A stretch of DNA of 64,000 bases from an uncultured Gemmatimonadota bacterium (lineage in GTDB: Bacteria > SM23-81 > DAOVCL01). Under the pieces are notes generated by a model, which was not told where the DNA came from, did not search any database, and was given only the letters and a program-made list of their open reading frames with translations. Position 1 is the stretch's first letter, and every line of letters starts with the position of its first letter. The position numbers were made by a program, and so were the translations under genes. The stretch spans positions 96,001 through 160,000 of the forward strand of contig CAZVGK010000003.1 of assembly GCA_964626665.1 (NCBI GenBank), in the 5' to 3' direction. This document shows, piece by piece, positions 20,435 to 30,688 of the stretch.

Positions 20435-21256
20435 TTACTTTTCCACTCCCAAAATTATTGGGTTAGAATAGTCTATTTCAATAGCTAAGCTTCGTAAGTA
20501 TTCAATTAGCATACCTCGCTTACCTTCAGATCTTAGCCTGTCTTTAAAACTTTGATCGCTATGTCCTAAGATGATTTCTAAATAATCAATTAGAGTGGCA
20601 TAGAAAACCAAAAAAGCAATATCATATTGTGATCTGTCCGCTTTCTTGAGAGAATAATATATATGCTCTGGAGACTTTCGTAGTAGTCTACTGCTTGAAC
20701 CACTTTCAATTCCGAAGATAATGCTAAATTGCTTATTTCCGATACAATGGATGCCATCTAAGGCATATCCATTCTTTTCTGGTGGACATTGACGGATATA
20801 CTTTTGCACAGTTTTTTCCAAAACTGAGCCGAAACAAAATAAATCACATTTACAAAGATTAGCTGGAGGAGAACTCGATGTATTGCCCACCATTTCTTTT
20901 ATAGTTTTCATGCTATCGAGTGTCGAAAAAAATTCCTTTTTATTGAGCTTAGTTTTGACTTCAATTGCATATATTGCTGATTCTGGCCTAACAACAACAA
21001 TGTCACCAAATTGAAACAGAGGAGCATAGCGAGATGCCTCATGAATGAGAATATCTATTTGAGGACTGACTGTATTTTTGTCAACATAAACAAACCCAGA
21101 CGATACTGCGAAATGAGTAGGAACATAGTCTCTTAGAAAGTTACTAAGAAGCCTTTCTGCCCAAAGTCCTTTCGTGCCAGGATGTGTGATGAAGCTTTTA
21201 ATCTGGTTTAACTGACTATTGAAGCTTTTGTCTACTTCTGCAAAATAGTCTTTCAT
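20435..21256 (-). CDS. DUF6602-like PD-(D/E)XK nuclease-fold protein
   Basis: G...E..L..FL...P..F.VSSG.V......SPQIDILI....P............ES....IEVKT pattern. Confidence 0.75.
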   Translation of the reverse strand: MKDYFAEVDKSFNSQLNQIKSFITHPGTKGLWAERLLSNFLRDYVPTHFAVSSGFVYVDKNTVSPQIDILIHEASRYAPLFQFGDIVVVRPESAIYAIEVKTKLNKKEFFSTLDSMKTIKEMVGNTSSSPPANLCKCDLFCFGSVLEKTVQKYIRQCPPEKNGYALDGIHCIGNKQFSIIFGIESGSSSRLLRKSPEHIYYSLKKADRSQYDIAFLVFYATLIDYLEIILGHSDQSFKDRLRSEGKRGMLIEYLRSLAIEIDYSNPIILGVEK

Positions 21257-21583
21257 CTCTTACTTGTGTTAATGTTTGATGCCATAGCGCTGGTAGACAG
21301 ATAGTGCTATTGCTTGAGAACTTACCAGATAACAAAATATACTGTAAGACCCGCTCCAATTACACACTACTTCTCTTCTCGGTATGGCTTTTGAGCGGGC
21401 GATATGGGGTCATATCTTTATTCTTGACTTTCCAAATTCTAATTACCAACTTAATTCCCTTTGTCAGTTGCCGGGTAATGCCTTTTAAACAGGGCTTTAG
21501 CCCTGTCCCTGCAATTCATTGACTATGTGAAGAGATCTCCTGACCTCGACTTCCATCGGCATCGGAAGATGCCTCCTACACTC

Positions 21584-21724
21584 TTCTACCCGGCTTTAGC
21601 CGGGGTTGAGAGGGCTTTAGCCCGTTTGGAGTGCTGTGATTCCTGTCACAGCTTCCGTCAGCAGGAGTTGACGCACTCCATAGAGGGCCTAAAGACCCTT
21701 AACCCGCACTGAAGTGCGGTAGAA
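21584..21724 (+). repeat. TTCTACC...GGTAGAA composite palindromic element (REPIN-like)
   Basis: Terminal TTCTAC+hairpin units with inner TGGAGTGC...GCACTCCA doublet; at least 5 copies in window. Confidence 0.8.
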
Positions 21725-21780
21725 GTCTTCTACTCAAGGAAACCTGAAAAGGTTTGAAAAAAAAGACCTTGCAAAATTGT

Positions 21781-22546
21781 AGGCCAGAGATCAGTTTACA
21801 GGGATCGAAGGTCAGGAGAAATCCGTTACACCTATCAACCGACACCTGACGAATGACTGACTACTGATCCCTGACCCCTGTGAACCGTTAGCTTAATTCA
21901 AAAATACCATGAAAAAAGGCCCTGTCAAGGGGAAACTTCCCCCCTGCTACAGGGTCTTTCTGTGTTGTCAGGGCTTTGCCCTGACAGAGGAAGTCTTCTC
22001 GTGGATGATAACATCCACAAAGAGCACTGGGGTTGTTTTTCGACAGGATAACAGGATTTACAGGATTTTAGTTTTATCCCGATCATTCTGTCAATCCCGT
22101 CTAATAAAAGGGAATTCTCCCTGCTTCTCAGTGCCGTCATGGCAGGACTCCTGAGGGATGGAAAATAGAAATTCCTGAGCCGTCAGATGCCCTCATCTGA
22201 CGGGGTTTTAGTAGCAGGAGAGGGATTTTGCCACCCCATGTTAGCGGCACATTTGAATTGGGGGACCTGTCTGCGTGCCTGCCTGAGCGAGAACGCTCGC
22301 AGTCAGGCCTGCCTGTACCAGTCTGCCTGTGCGTCGCACGCAGACAGGCACGGCAGACAGACACCGCACAAGCAGGGAGGTCTCCAGACCTTTCAAGAGC
22401 TGTCAGGAGGTAACTCCTGACAGCACGCTTTTAGTGCCCTTCCCTGACGGCGAGAGGGGAGGGTGGCAGAATCGGGGTTCTGCCACATCGGGCTTAATTT
22501 ATCCTGTCAATCCAGTAAATCCTGTCCGAAAAGCAGTTGTCAGTAG
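21781..22546. repeat. Intergenic repeat mosaic downstream of preT
   Basis: Heptamer arms, GTCAGGGCTTTGCCCTGAC, GTGGATGATAACATCCAC, GTCAGATGCCCTCATCTGAC, nested CCTG...CAGG units, GTGGCAGAATCGGGGTTCTGCCAC. Confidence 0.8.
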
Positions 22547-23860
22547 TCAGTTATCGGGAACGACTCCCGACCCCTGCAAATAGGTAGCTATTGCCTGGGC
22601 GGCCTTTTTGCCTTCGGCCACCGATTGGACAACGGTTCTCCCCTTTTTTGACACGATTATATCCCCCCCAGCAAAGACTCCTTCCCTTGAGGTCATCATA
22701 TCCTCATTTACCACCAAGTATCCTTTAGCTGTCTTTAATCCCTTAAACAGCGGACTCTCCTCCGGTGCCTGACCCACTGCTTCAATTATTGTATCTCCGA
22801 TTAAAGTTAAACTGCTCCCCTTGATTTTAACTGCATTCTCCGGAACAAACCTTCCCGGAATTCTCCAATCGATTTTAATTGCCTCCAGCCCTTTAACCCT
22901 TCCATTATTGCCCATAATTCTTAAGGGCATAAACCTGGGATGGATATTTACTCCCTCATTCTCCGCCTGGCTTATCTCCTCCCTGAAGGCCGGCAGTTCA
23001 TCTGGCCCTTCCAGACAGACCAGGTCCACATGTTTGACCCCTACCCTTAATGCGGAGCAGGCACAATCAATTGCCACACTCCCGCCACCGATCACAATTG
23101 CCCTTTCACCCACCCTTACCCTCTGAGGATCCTCATTGACCTCTCTCAGGAATTCTATTGCAGACAGAACCCACTTTAGCTCCTCACCTGGAATCCGACA
23201 GAACAACGGTTTCCCCAATCCCACGCCAATAAATATGGCCTTAAACCCCGAACTGAATAGATTATCCAGGCTACCAATCGCTCTATTTCCTTTAACTTTC
23301 AGTCCCAATTTTTTGACATAGTCGATTTCTTGCTTGACCATCCTCTTAGAGAGTCGATAGGAGGGGATTCCATAGGTGAGAACTCCACCTAACTTGTCCC
23401 TTTTCTCAAAGATCGTCACCTCAAATCCTTGAACTGCCAGTTCGGCGGCACAGGAGAGACCGGCCGGTCCCGCACCGATTACGGCCACGTTCACCCTGTT
23501 TTTCTTGATCTGAGGAAACGATTTAAACTTCGCTGTATATTCCCTCTCTGCCGCGAATCTTTGCAAGTCCCCAATCCTAATTGGGGTAGAAAGCTTCGTG
23601 GATGAGCATTCCTTCTCGCACAAAGCCTCTACAGGGCAGACAGTTCCGCAGACCCCGGCCAAGATGTTCTTCTCCTTGATCAGGTTTATGGCTCGCCGGT
23701 AATTTTCAAATCTGATTGCCCTGATGAACTTCTTTACATCAATACCTGCTGGACAACCTCGGTTACAAGGGGCATCCTCGCATAGTAAACACCGAGATGC
23801 CTCCAGCACGGCCTGAGCCTCGGTCATCGGCTCTTTCGTTTCCTTAAAGCTTAACTTCAT
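22547..23860 (-). CDS. preT: PreT/GltD-like NAD(P)/FAD-dependent Fe-S oxidoreductase
   Basis: EASRCLLCEDAPC..GCP, VCP...LCE..C, GAGPAG, YGIPSYRL, GGGSVA, FAGGD. Confidence 0.75.
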   Translation of the reverse strand: MKLSFKETKEPMTEAQAVLEASRCLLCEDAPCNRGCPAGIDVKKFIRAIRFENYRRAINLIKEKNILAGVCGTVCPVEALCEKECSSTKLSTPIRIGDLQRFAAEREYTAKFKSFPQIKKNRVNVAVIGAGPAGLSCAAELAVQGFEVTIFEKRDKLGGVLTYGIPSYRLSKRMVKQEIDYVKKLGLKVKGNRAIGSLDNLFSSGFKAIFIGVGLGKPLFCRIPGEELKWVLSAIEFLREVNEDPQRVRVGERAIVIGGGSVAIDCACSALRVGVKHVDLVCLEGPDELPAFREEISQAENEGVNIHPRFMPLRIMGNNGRVKGLEAIKIDWRIPGRFVPENAVKIKGSSLTLIGDTIIEAVGQAPEESPLFKGLKTAKGYLVVNEDMMTSREGVFAGGDIIVSKKGRTVVQSVAEGKKAAQAIATYLQGSGVVPDN

Positions 23861-23874
23861 AATTATCTCAAATT

Positions 23875-24012
23875 ACCACGGAATTTCACGGAGAAAAGCA
23901 ATTATGAATTGAGAATGAAGAATGAAGAATGAAGCTTATGCTGTTATTCCTGATCCCCGTAGTTTGATCCCTAACCTCTGTTTTTTCGTGGTAATCCGTG
24001 GTGATCAGTGGT
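23875..24012 (+). repeat. CCACGG-arm MITE-like element
   Basis: ACCACGGAATTTCACGGA ... TCCGTGGT arms around GCAATTATGAATTGAGAAT core; similar to 14994-15137, 28852-29071, 32390-32509. Confidence 0.8.
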
Positions 24013-24135
24013 AAAATATCAGCTACAGATTACACGGAAAAATGCAATTAAGAATTGAGAATTAAGAATGAGGCTTATGCTGATCAGCGAGGTGGCAGAA
24101 TCCCGATTCTGCCACCCTCCCATTGTTTTCTGATT

Positions 24136-24229
24136 TTCTACCCGGTTTTAGCCGGGGGTTCTTAGGGCTTAAGCCCTTTCAACGCACTTGGATAGAAAGG
24201 CCCCAACCCTGCACTAAAGTGCGGTAGAA
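24136..24229 (+). repeat. TTCTACC...GGTAGAA element lacking the TGGAGTGC core
   Basis: Same termini as 21584-21724 with a shorter interior. Confidence 0.7.
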
Positions 24230-24353
24230 ACCTTCCACCCAGCTTTAGCTGAGCTATCAAATCCTCGATCTGACAGCAGATATCCTGATCCCTGTAAACT
24301 GTTACCTCTATTTTGACATTCATCCTGTCAATCCAGTTAATCCTGTCTAATAA

Positions 24354-26081
24354 TTATTCTTTCTCAAAAAGTGGGACGAGCTGGAACTTTACCACATCTA
24401 TTATCCCCTTGTCGCTTACTCTAATCTCCGGAATTACGGGCAAAGCAAGGAAGGAGAGGACCATAAATGGCTCCTTTACCGTAGCACCCAATCCCTGGCA
24501 GGCCAAATTCAAGGCCTGTATTTTGGCTTCAACTTCCTCCAGTTTCTTCCCCGTCATCAAACCGGCAATGGGAAGGGGCAATTCTTCAATGACCTGGCCA
24601 CCTTCCACCACAACCAATCCACCCTGTAGTTTTACGATCTTTACCGCCGCGGTATACATATCATCATCATTGGTCCCCACAACAACTATATTGTGTGAGT
24701 CATGAGCGATTGATGAGGCAATGGCCCCCCTCTTTAATCCTATCCCCTGGACAAACCCCAAACCAGTGTGGCCAGAGGCCAAATGCCTCTCAATGACAGC
24801 CACTTTCAAGATGTCCCTCCCTGGATCAGAAAGGGCCTCTCCACCCTCTATTTTCACCTCCTCTATGCGTTTTCTCGTAATTAGCTGATCAGGGACGATT
24901 TGAATCACCTTAGCGCGTTGTCCCTTGGCCACAACCTTGAAATGTTCCTTCTCTATCCAGGCCGTATTCACCGTGCTCCTCAAGGGGACAAAGACCGGCT
25001 TGATCATTCCGGGCAACATTTGGCCATCAGAGGCCACAAGTTGACCATCTTTGTAAACGGAGATTATATTGAAATCCCGAAAGTTGTCAAAGACAACCAG
25101 ATCTGCCTTATATCCAGGGGCAATAGCACCTAAGTCTTTGAGTTTAAAGTATTCTGCACCATTTAGGGTGGCCATCTGGATGGCGGTTAGCGGATCTGTC
25201 CCCGATTCGATGGCTGTTTTGACCATATAATTGATGTGCCCCTCTCGAAGGAGATCATAGGGATGCCGATCATCGGTGACAAAGAAACACTTACGCGATG
25301 TATTCCTTCCTTTGGACTTCACCAAAGGGAGAAGGGTCTTTAGGTTCTTGGCCGTGGTTCCTTCCCTAATCATCACATACATCCCATCCCTCAGCTTTTC
25401 CCTGGCCTCCTCTAAGGTAGTTGACTCATGGTCGGATTTAATCCCGGCGGCGATGTAGGCATTTAGCTCCTTACCCGTCAACCGGGGGGCATGACCGTCG
25501 ATAAGCTTATCCCCGGCAGCCTTAATCTTCTCCAAAACCTCCGCTGTTCTATGGATAACCCCAGGGTAATTCATCATCTCGCCCAGCCCCAGGATCCGCT
25601 TATTGTCGAGAAGAAGCTTAAGGTCAAAGGCAGAGAGCCTGGCCCCAGAGGTTTCCATCTCGGTAGCAGGCACACAGGAGGAGAGCATAAGGAAGACATT
25701 AAGGGGAAGGTTGCTGCTTGTCTCCAGCATATACTTTATCCCTTCCAAACCAAGGACATTGGCAATCTCATGGGGATCAATGATTACGGTAGTTGTACCC
25801 AAAGGGACAACAGCCCGGGCATACTCCGGGGGGGGGACCATCGCGCTTTCTATATGCACATGGCCATCGAGCAGGCCGGGGGCAAGGTATTTCCCTCGCA
25901 GATCGACCACCCTTTTTGCCTTGTAGTTGCCAATTCCAGCAATCCTCCCTTTGTAGAGGGCTACATTACCCTCATAGATCTCCTCGGCAAATACATTGAC
26001 AACCTTCGCATTTTTTAACAAGAGGTCACAGGGCCTCTCCCCCCCTGCAGCCTCGATCATCTCCTCAAGCTTAGGATTCAT
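24354..26081 (-). CDS. ade: Adenine deaminase
   Basis: DGHVHIES, DPHEIANV, EMMNYPG, DGHAP, SDHE, TDDRHP, AHDSHN; start MNPK overlaps the upstream stop. Confidence 0.95.
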   Translation of the reverse strand: MNPKLEEMIEAAGGERPCDLLLKNAKVVNVFAEEIYEGNVALYKGRIAGIGNYKAKRVVDLRGKYLAPGLLDGHVHIESAMVPPPEYARAVVPLGTTTVIIDPHEIANVLGLEGIKYMLETSSNLPLNVFLMLSSCVPATEMETSGARLSAFDLKLLLDNKRILGLGEMMNYPGVIHRTAEVLEKIKAAGDKLIDGHAPRLTGKELNAYIAAGIKSDHESTTLEEAREKLRDGMYVMIREGTTAKNLKTLLPLVKSKGRNTSRKCFFVTDDRHPYDLLREGHINYMVKTAIESGTDPLTAIQMATLNGAEYFKLKDLGAIAPGYKADLVVFDNFRDFNIISVYKDGQLVASDGQMLPGMIKPVFVPLRSTVNTAWIEKEHFKVVAKGQRAKVIQIVPDQLITRKRIEEVKIEGGEALSDPGRDILKVAVIERHLASGHTGLGFVQGIGLKRGAIASSIAHDSHNIVVVGTNDDDMYTAAVKIVKLQGGLVVVEGGQVIEELPLPIAGLMTGKKLEEVEAKIQALNLACQGLGATVKEPFMVLSFLALPVIPEIRVSDKGIIDVVKFQLVPLFEKE

Positions 26082-28381
26082 AGTCTCCTTTTCTCCCTTC
26101 TCTGGTTTATTGCCTGGAGAACCTTTGCTGGGGTAAAAGGTGTCTTCCGCATCCTCACCCCGATAGCATCCCAAATAGCATTAGCTATTGCCGGACAGGG
26201 GCCATTTATGTTTACCTCCCCCACGCTCTTTGCGCCAAAAGGCCCTGACGGTTCATAGGAGGGGATCAAGTTAACCTTTATCTCCGGGATATCCATCGCC
26301 GAAAAAATCTTATAATCCCGAAAGGACCCGTTCATCATCTTGCCATTTTTATCAAAGATAAACTCCTCGGTAAGGGCATAGCTAATACCGTTTATAATCG
26401 ACCCCTCCACCTGTCCCTCGGCAAGTTTGGGGTTAATTACGGTGCCACAATCGACGCCGGCCACATATCTCTCCACCTTTATCTTCCCGGTCCCTTTATC
26501 TATGAGGATCTCCACAAAATGGGCAGCAAATGGAGGTGGTGACTGAGGAGAGATGTGAGACATAGAACCAATTATCTGGTGTTGCTCCCTCTCATAGAGG
26601 GAATGGTAAGCTATCTCCTGATAGGAGACCGATCTCCCCGTTCTCTTGCTCATCACCTGGGCAACTTGGACAATGAGGTTTTCCTTTACCTCATTTAACA
26701 TTTCTCCTCCGATGCGCATGATCTCTTTGAGAACCTTTTGGGCTGTTTTGAGAACTGCCCCCCCGGAAATGTAGGTTGTGGAGGAGGCATAGGCCCCCAC
26801 ATCAAAGGGGGTGAAATCCGTATCCGATGAATAAACGATAATCTTCCCGGTGGGCACCTTCAGGGCTTCCGCGGCGATCTGGGCAAGGATGGTATCCGAC
26901 CCTGTTCCCAAATCGGTTGCCCCCACAAGGAGGTTGAAGGAACCATCCTCGTTTAACTTGATCAACGCTGCCCCCATATCCACATTGGGGATTCCGGAAC
27001 CCTGCATCATAATGGCCGAGCCATATCCCCTTTTTAGCTTTCCCTCTTCCTTTGGCTTTTTCCTCCATTCAATGAGCTTAAAACCCTCCTCTATACATTG
27101 GGGAAGTTTGCAAGAGCCAATTACCTGTGAAACCCCCTTCTTCCCTTCACCTAAAACCTCAAATAGCGGCGATGTCTCCCCCTCCTTTATGTGGACCTTT
27201 TTCCTCAACTCTACTGGTTCCATCCCTATCTTTTCCGCTAGTTCGTCGAGCATAGACTCGGTGGCAAAGTAACCCTGGGTGGCCCCATATCCCCGATAGG
27301 CACCGGCAACTGGCAGGTTGGTATAGACCACCTTCCCTTGAAACCGCACATTAGGGCAACGATAGAGGGGCAAAACCTTGCTTCCCGTGTTATACATCAC
27401 GGTAGTGGCGTGCGAGCCATAGGCCCCGGTGTTGGAGAGAATGCGCATATCCAATGCGGTGAGGGTCCCATCCCTCTTCACCCCAGCTTTAAGCAAGGTG
27501 ATGATGGGATGCCTCGTCCTGGAGATAAACTCCTCCTCCCTGCTCAGTTCGATTTTGGCCGGTCTACCTGTCTGTAAGGTAACCCAACCAGCCACATAGT
27601 CGAGGTAAACCTCCTGCTTGGTGCCGAAGCCTCCCCCTATTCTGGGCTTGATTACCCTTATTTTCTGAATGGGAATTCCCAAGACATTTGCGCATATCCT
27701 CCTGGTATGGAAGGGAACTTGGGTGGAGGATCTAATCACCAACCGCCCATTCTCGTCCAGCCAGGTGATGACGATATGTGGTTCAATTGGGGTATGTTGG
27801 GCATAATGAACCTCATATCTATTTTCAAGGACAGCATCTGCCTCCTGAAAACCCTTATTTAGGTCTCCGACCTCTACCTCCACCTCTCCGACAAGGTTGC
27901 GTTGCGGATCGAGGATACCCTGAGAATCCTCCTCGTCGTGAATGACCGGCGCCCCCTCCCTTAATGCCTCCTCGGGGTTGAACACAGGGGGGAGGGGATC
28001 GTATTCCACCCTAATTTTCCCGATGGCCTCAGAGGCCGTCTCCGGGGAGTCGGCAGCCACGCAGGCCACCCTATCACCCACAAACCTTACTTTTCTGTCA
28101 AACATTACGCTATCATAAGGTGAGGGCTCAGGATACCCCTGTCCCGCAGTGGTATGGGGAACCCGAGGGACATTTTTATAGGAGAGAATAAGGGCAACCC
28201 CAGCCATCTTCTCTGCCTCTCTGGTATCAATACCCTTGATTATGGCGTGAGGATGAGGGCTCCTCAGAAATTTGATAAAGAGCATACCCTTAAGGTCTAT
28301 ATCATCGGCAAATACCGGATTGCCCTTAACTAAGGCATATCCGTCGACCCGGTGGACATTTTTACCCACTTCCTTAAACAT
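26078..28381 (-). CDS. Molybdenum hydroxylase Mo-binding subunit (XdhD-like)
   Basis: TTAGQGYPEPSPYD, STQVP, GGGFGTK, AYRGYG, GAYASS, GAKSVGE. Confidence 0.9.
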   Translation of the reverse strand: MFKEVGKNVHRVDGYALVKGNPVFADDIDLKGMLFIKFLRSPHPHAIIKGIDTREAEKMAGVALILSYKNVPRVPHTTAGQGYPEPSPYDSVMFDRKVRFVGDRVACVAADSPETASEAIGKIRVEYDPLPPVFNPEEALREGAPVIHDEEDSQGILDPQRNLVGEVEVEVGDLNKGFQEADAVLENRYEVHYAQHTPIEPHIVITWLDENGRLVIRSSTQVPFHTRRICANVLGIPIQKIRVIKPRIGGGFGTKQEVYLDYVAGWVTLQTGRPAKIELSREEEFISRTRHPIITLLKAGVKRDGTLTALDMRILSNTGAYGSHATTVMYNTGSKVLPLYRCPNVRFQGKVVYTNLPVAGAYRGYGATQGYFATESMLDELAEKIGMEPVELRKKVHIKEGETSPLFEVLGEGKKGVSQVIGSCKLPQCIEEGFKLIEWRKKPKEEGKLKRGYGSAIMMQGSGIPNVDMGAALIKLNEDGSFNLLVGATDLGTGSDTILAQIAAEALKVPTGKIIVYSSDTDFTPFDVGAYASSTTYISGGAVLKTAQKVLKEIMRIGGEMLNEVKENLIVQVAQVMSKRTGRSVSYQEIAYHSLYEREQHQIIGSMSHISPQSPPPFAAHFVEILIDKGTGKIKVERYVAGVDCGTVINPKLAEGQVEGSIINGISYALTEEFIFDKNGKMMNGSFRDYKIFSAMDIPEIKVNLIPSYEPSGPFGAKSVGEVNINGPCPAIANAIWDAIGVRMRKTPFTPAKVLQAINQRREKRRL

Positions 28382-28841
28382 CTTCGTTAAGGATCTCCCC
28401 TGCCTTTTTTATTGCCTTGATAATCTTGACATACCCGGTGCACCTACAGAGGTTGCCGGAGATGGCCTCTTTTATCTCCTCCTCTGTGGGATGTGGGTTT
28501 TCCCTGAGGAGGGCCTGAGCTGCCAGGATCATCCCCGGGGTGCAGAACCCACATTGCACAGCGCCCTCATCAAGAAATGCCTGCTGAATCGGGTGAAGCT
28601 CATCCCAGTTGGTCATCCCTTCCAGGGTTTCGATGCTATGACCGGCAGCCTGAGGGGCAAACAGGAGACAGGATTTGGCCAATTTCCCATCCAAGATCAC
28701 CGAGCAGGCCCCGCATTCACCCGTCTCACACCCTCTTTTTACGCTCTTATACCCCTCCCTTCTCAATAGGTTAAGGAGAATCTCACCGGGAGAGGTGTTT
28801 AATCTCTTCAAAACTCCATTTATGGTTAGTTCGATTTGCAT
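28374..28841 (-). CDS. Molybdenum hydroxylase 2Fe-2S subunit
   Basis: GCETGECGAC, QCGFCTPG, NLCRCTGY. Confidence 0.95.
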   Translation of the reverse strand: MQIELTINGVLKRLNTSPGEILLNLLRREGYKSVKRGCETGECGACSVILDGKLAKSCLLFAPQAAGHSIETLEGMTNWDELHPIQQAFLDEGAVQCGFCTPGMILAAQALLRENPHPTEEEIKEAISGNLCRCTGYVKIIKAIKKAGEILNEDV

Positions 28842-28851
28842 AGGTCTATAG

Positions 28852-29071
28852 CCACGGATTGCACGGATTCACCGAATCTTTGGAACACGAATAAACAAAT
28901 CTACACGAATAAATGATCTACCACGGAAATTCACGGAAAAAAGCAATTATGAATTGAGAATTAAAAATTAAAAATAAGTATGCTGACTATTCCTGAGCCC
29001 CGGAAACTGACTCCCGATCTCTGAAAAACTGATCCCTGTTTTTCCCTGCATAGTCCGTGGTTATCCGTGGT
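28852..29071 (+). repeat. CCACGG-arm MITE-like element
   Basis: Closely matches 14945-15140, including ACACGAAT units and CATAGTCCGTGGTTATCCGTGGTGAA end. Confidence 0.85.
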
Positions 29072-29858
29072 GAATTATTCCTAACTCTTCAATCATGTCA
29101 ATAAATAAAGCAGAGGCGATCTCCTTCTTGAATTCGGCATCTCCTCTAAGATCAGAAAACGCCTTCACATCCTTCCTGAAAGCACTACTTATCTTATTCT
29201 CGTCTATCTCTCCACTTTCTATTGCACTTTCCAAGCCCTCTATCCTCTGCGGAACTTTCCAGAGCCCCCCAACTACGGCGTGAACCTCTGAGAATCGAGT
29301 GAGAACACAAACAACCTGGGGGATGTCCACTTCGGTCCTGGAAAATCTCCGATAAAACCCCTTTCCCCCTTTGGGCACAACTACCTCCACCAAAAGCATT
29401 CGCCTAAATCGAGTATCCTTCAGGAAGGAATCAATCCCCACCTTATGTGGCTCTCCATCAAAGAGAAGGAGATCGGCATCTGTTGCTAAGAGGATGGGGA
29501 CAATATCGCTCCAGTATACCCGGGACATTAGGTTGCCCCCGATAGTGGAAAAGTTTCTCACTGCAGGTGAACCCAACCTCCTTGCGGCTTTATTCAATAT
29601 CCCCGAAAAGGAGCTGGTAATAACTTCTGATTCCGCAATCTCGGTTACTGTGGTCATTGCCCCAATACCGATAACTTGTTCATCGTCTTTAATGTAATTG
29701 AGCCCAAGGGCTTGGAGGTCGATCAAATTCTCCACTTCAATGCTCTTCCTCTGAGTAAACAGCGTCCCCCCAGCAAGGAATGCAGCCTTTCCCCTTTGGT
29801 AAATTTTGTAGGCTTCCTCAACCGATTTAGGCCTTATATATTCTCCAATCTGGCTCAT
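29061..29858 (-). CDS. Molybdenum hydroxylase FAD-binding subunit (YgfM-like)
   Basis: Y.RP.SVEEA, AGGT, IGA, RNFSTIGGN, SDLRG. Confidence 0.85.
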   Translation of the reverse strand: MSQIGEYIRPKSVEEAYKIYQRGKAAFLAGGTLFTQRKSIEVENLIDLQALGLNYIKDDEQVIGIGAMTTVTEIAESEVITSSFSGILNKAARRLGSPAVRNFSTIGGNLMSRVYWSDIVPILLATDADLLLFDGEPHKVGIDSFLKDTRFRRMLLVEVVVPKGGKGFYRRFSRTEVDIPQVVCVLTRFSEVHAVVGGLWKVPQRIEGLESAIESGEIDENKISSAFRKDVKAFSDLRGDAEFKKEIASALFIDMIEELGIIHHG

Positions 29859-30688
29859 AGTTCCAGCAGCCCCTGCTTGAGTAGAGCCCCCACCATTCTC
29901 CGGCGATACTCAGATGTGGAACGTATATCCGAGATTGGCTTCGCTTCATCCTGGATGATTCTGCTGGCCTCATCGATGAGCTCTGGGTCCAATGGCTTAG
30001 AATTTAAGAACCTTGCCGTCCGCTGGGCGTAGGTAACAGTAGGGGCCACGGCACCAAGGGCAATGGATACATCGGTCAACCTCCTCCGCTGAAATACACC
30101 CTTAAAGGCCACGGATACCTTGGAGATGACCATTGCTCTCCTCTGCCCCAATTTACTAAAAAACCAACGCTCATCTTTCTCCCTTTTCCTCAAGCTAACC
30201 TCAGTAAGTAGCTCATCTTTCTCCATCAGGCTCTCCCCTGGTCCTGAGAAAAAATGGGAGATGGAGATAGTCCGTTTTCCCCTTTGGCTCCTAAGAATAA
30301 GCGTGGCCCTATGGACAAAGAGGGGAGGAACCGTATCGCCTGCCGGTGAGGCATTTGCTATATTCCCCCCAATGGTTCCTAAATTTCTTATCTGAGGTGA
30401 CCCCATCTTGCCCGCCGCATCAGAAAGCACGGGCGCATAGGCATTAATCACCTCTGATCTGAAAATTTCCTCCAGGGTGGTTAGTGCACCTATCCTCAAT
30501 TCCTTTTGCCCCTCCTTGATGTAATCGAGGGGCAACCTCCTGATGTTGATAACAGCCTGAGGATGAAAGGTCCCTTCTTTCATCCTCACCACGAGATCTG
30601 TCCCGCCCGCCAGTATACGGGCTTTCCCCTTCAGCCTAGTGAGGATCTCCGTAGCTTCCTCTACTGTTTCAGGTGAGTATATCTTCAG
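29855..30688 (-). CDS. Molybdenum hydroxylase FAD-binding subunit (probable CTG start)
   Basis: Frame extends upstream of the ORF track to KIYSPETVEEA...LAGGTDL; QIRNLGTIGGN..NASPAGD; SDIRS. Confidence 0.88.
   Translation of the reverse strand: MKIYSPETVEEATEILTRLKGKARILAGGTDLVVRMKEGTFHPQAVINIRRLPLDYIKEGQKELRIGALTTLEEIFRSEVINAYAPVLSDAAGKMGSPQIRNLGTIGGNIANASPAGDTVPPLFVHRATLILRSQRGKRTISISHFFSGPGESLMEKDELLTEVSLRKREKDERWFFSKLGQRRAMVISKVSVAFKGVFQRRRLTDVSIALGAVAPTVTYAQRTARFLNSKPLDPELIDEASRIIQDEAKPISDIRSTSEYRRRMVGALLKQGLLEL

Noticed and set aside
21257-21430. Integron attC sites around the nuclease pair
   Set aside because: No paired RYYYAAC/GTTRRRY boxes recognised and no integrase; only a single GGGGTCATATCTTTATTCTTGAC end-like motif without a partner
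21304-22583. Short ORFs in repeat regions (also 15665-15847, 38953-39135, 51882-52417)
   Set aside because: Translations of palindromic repeats with no recognisable motifs
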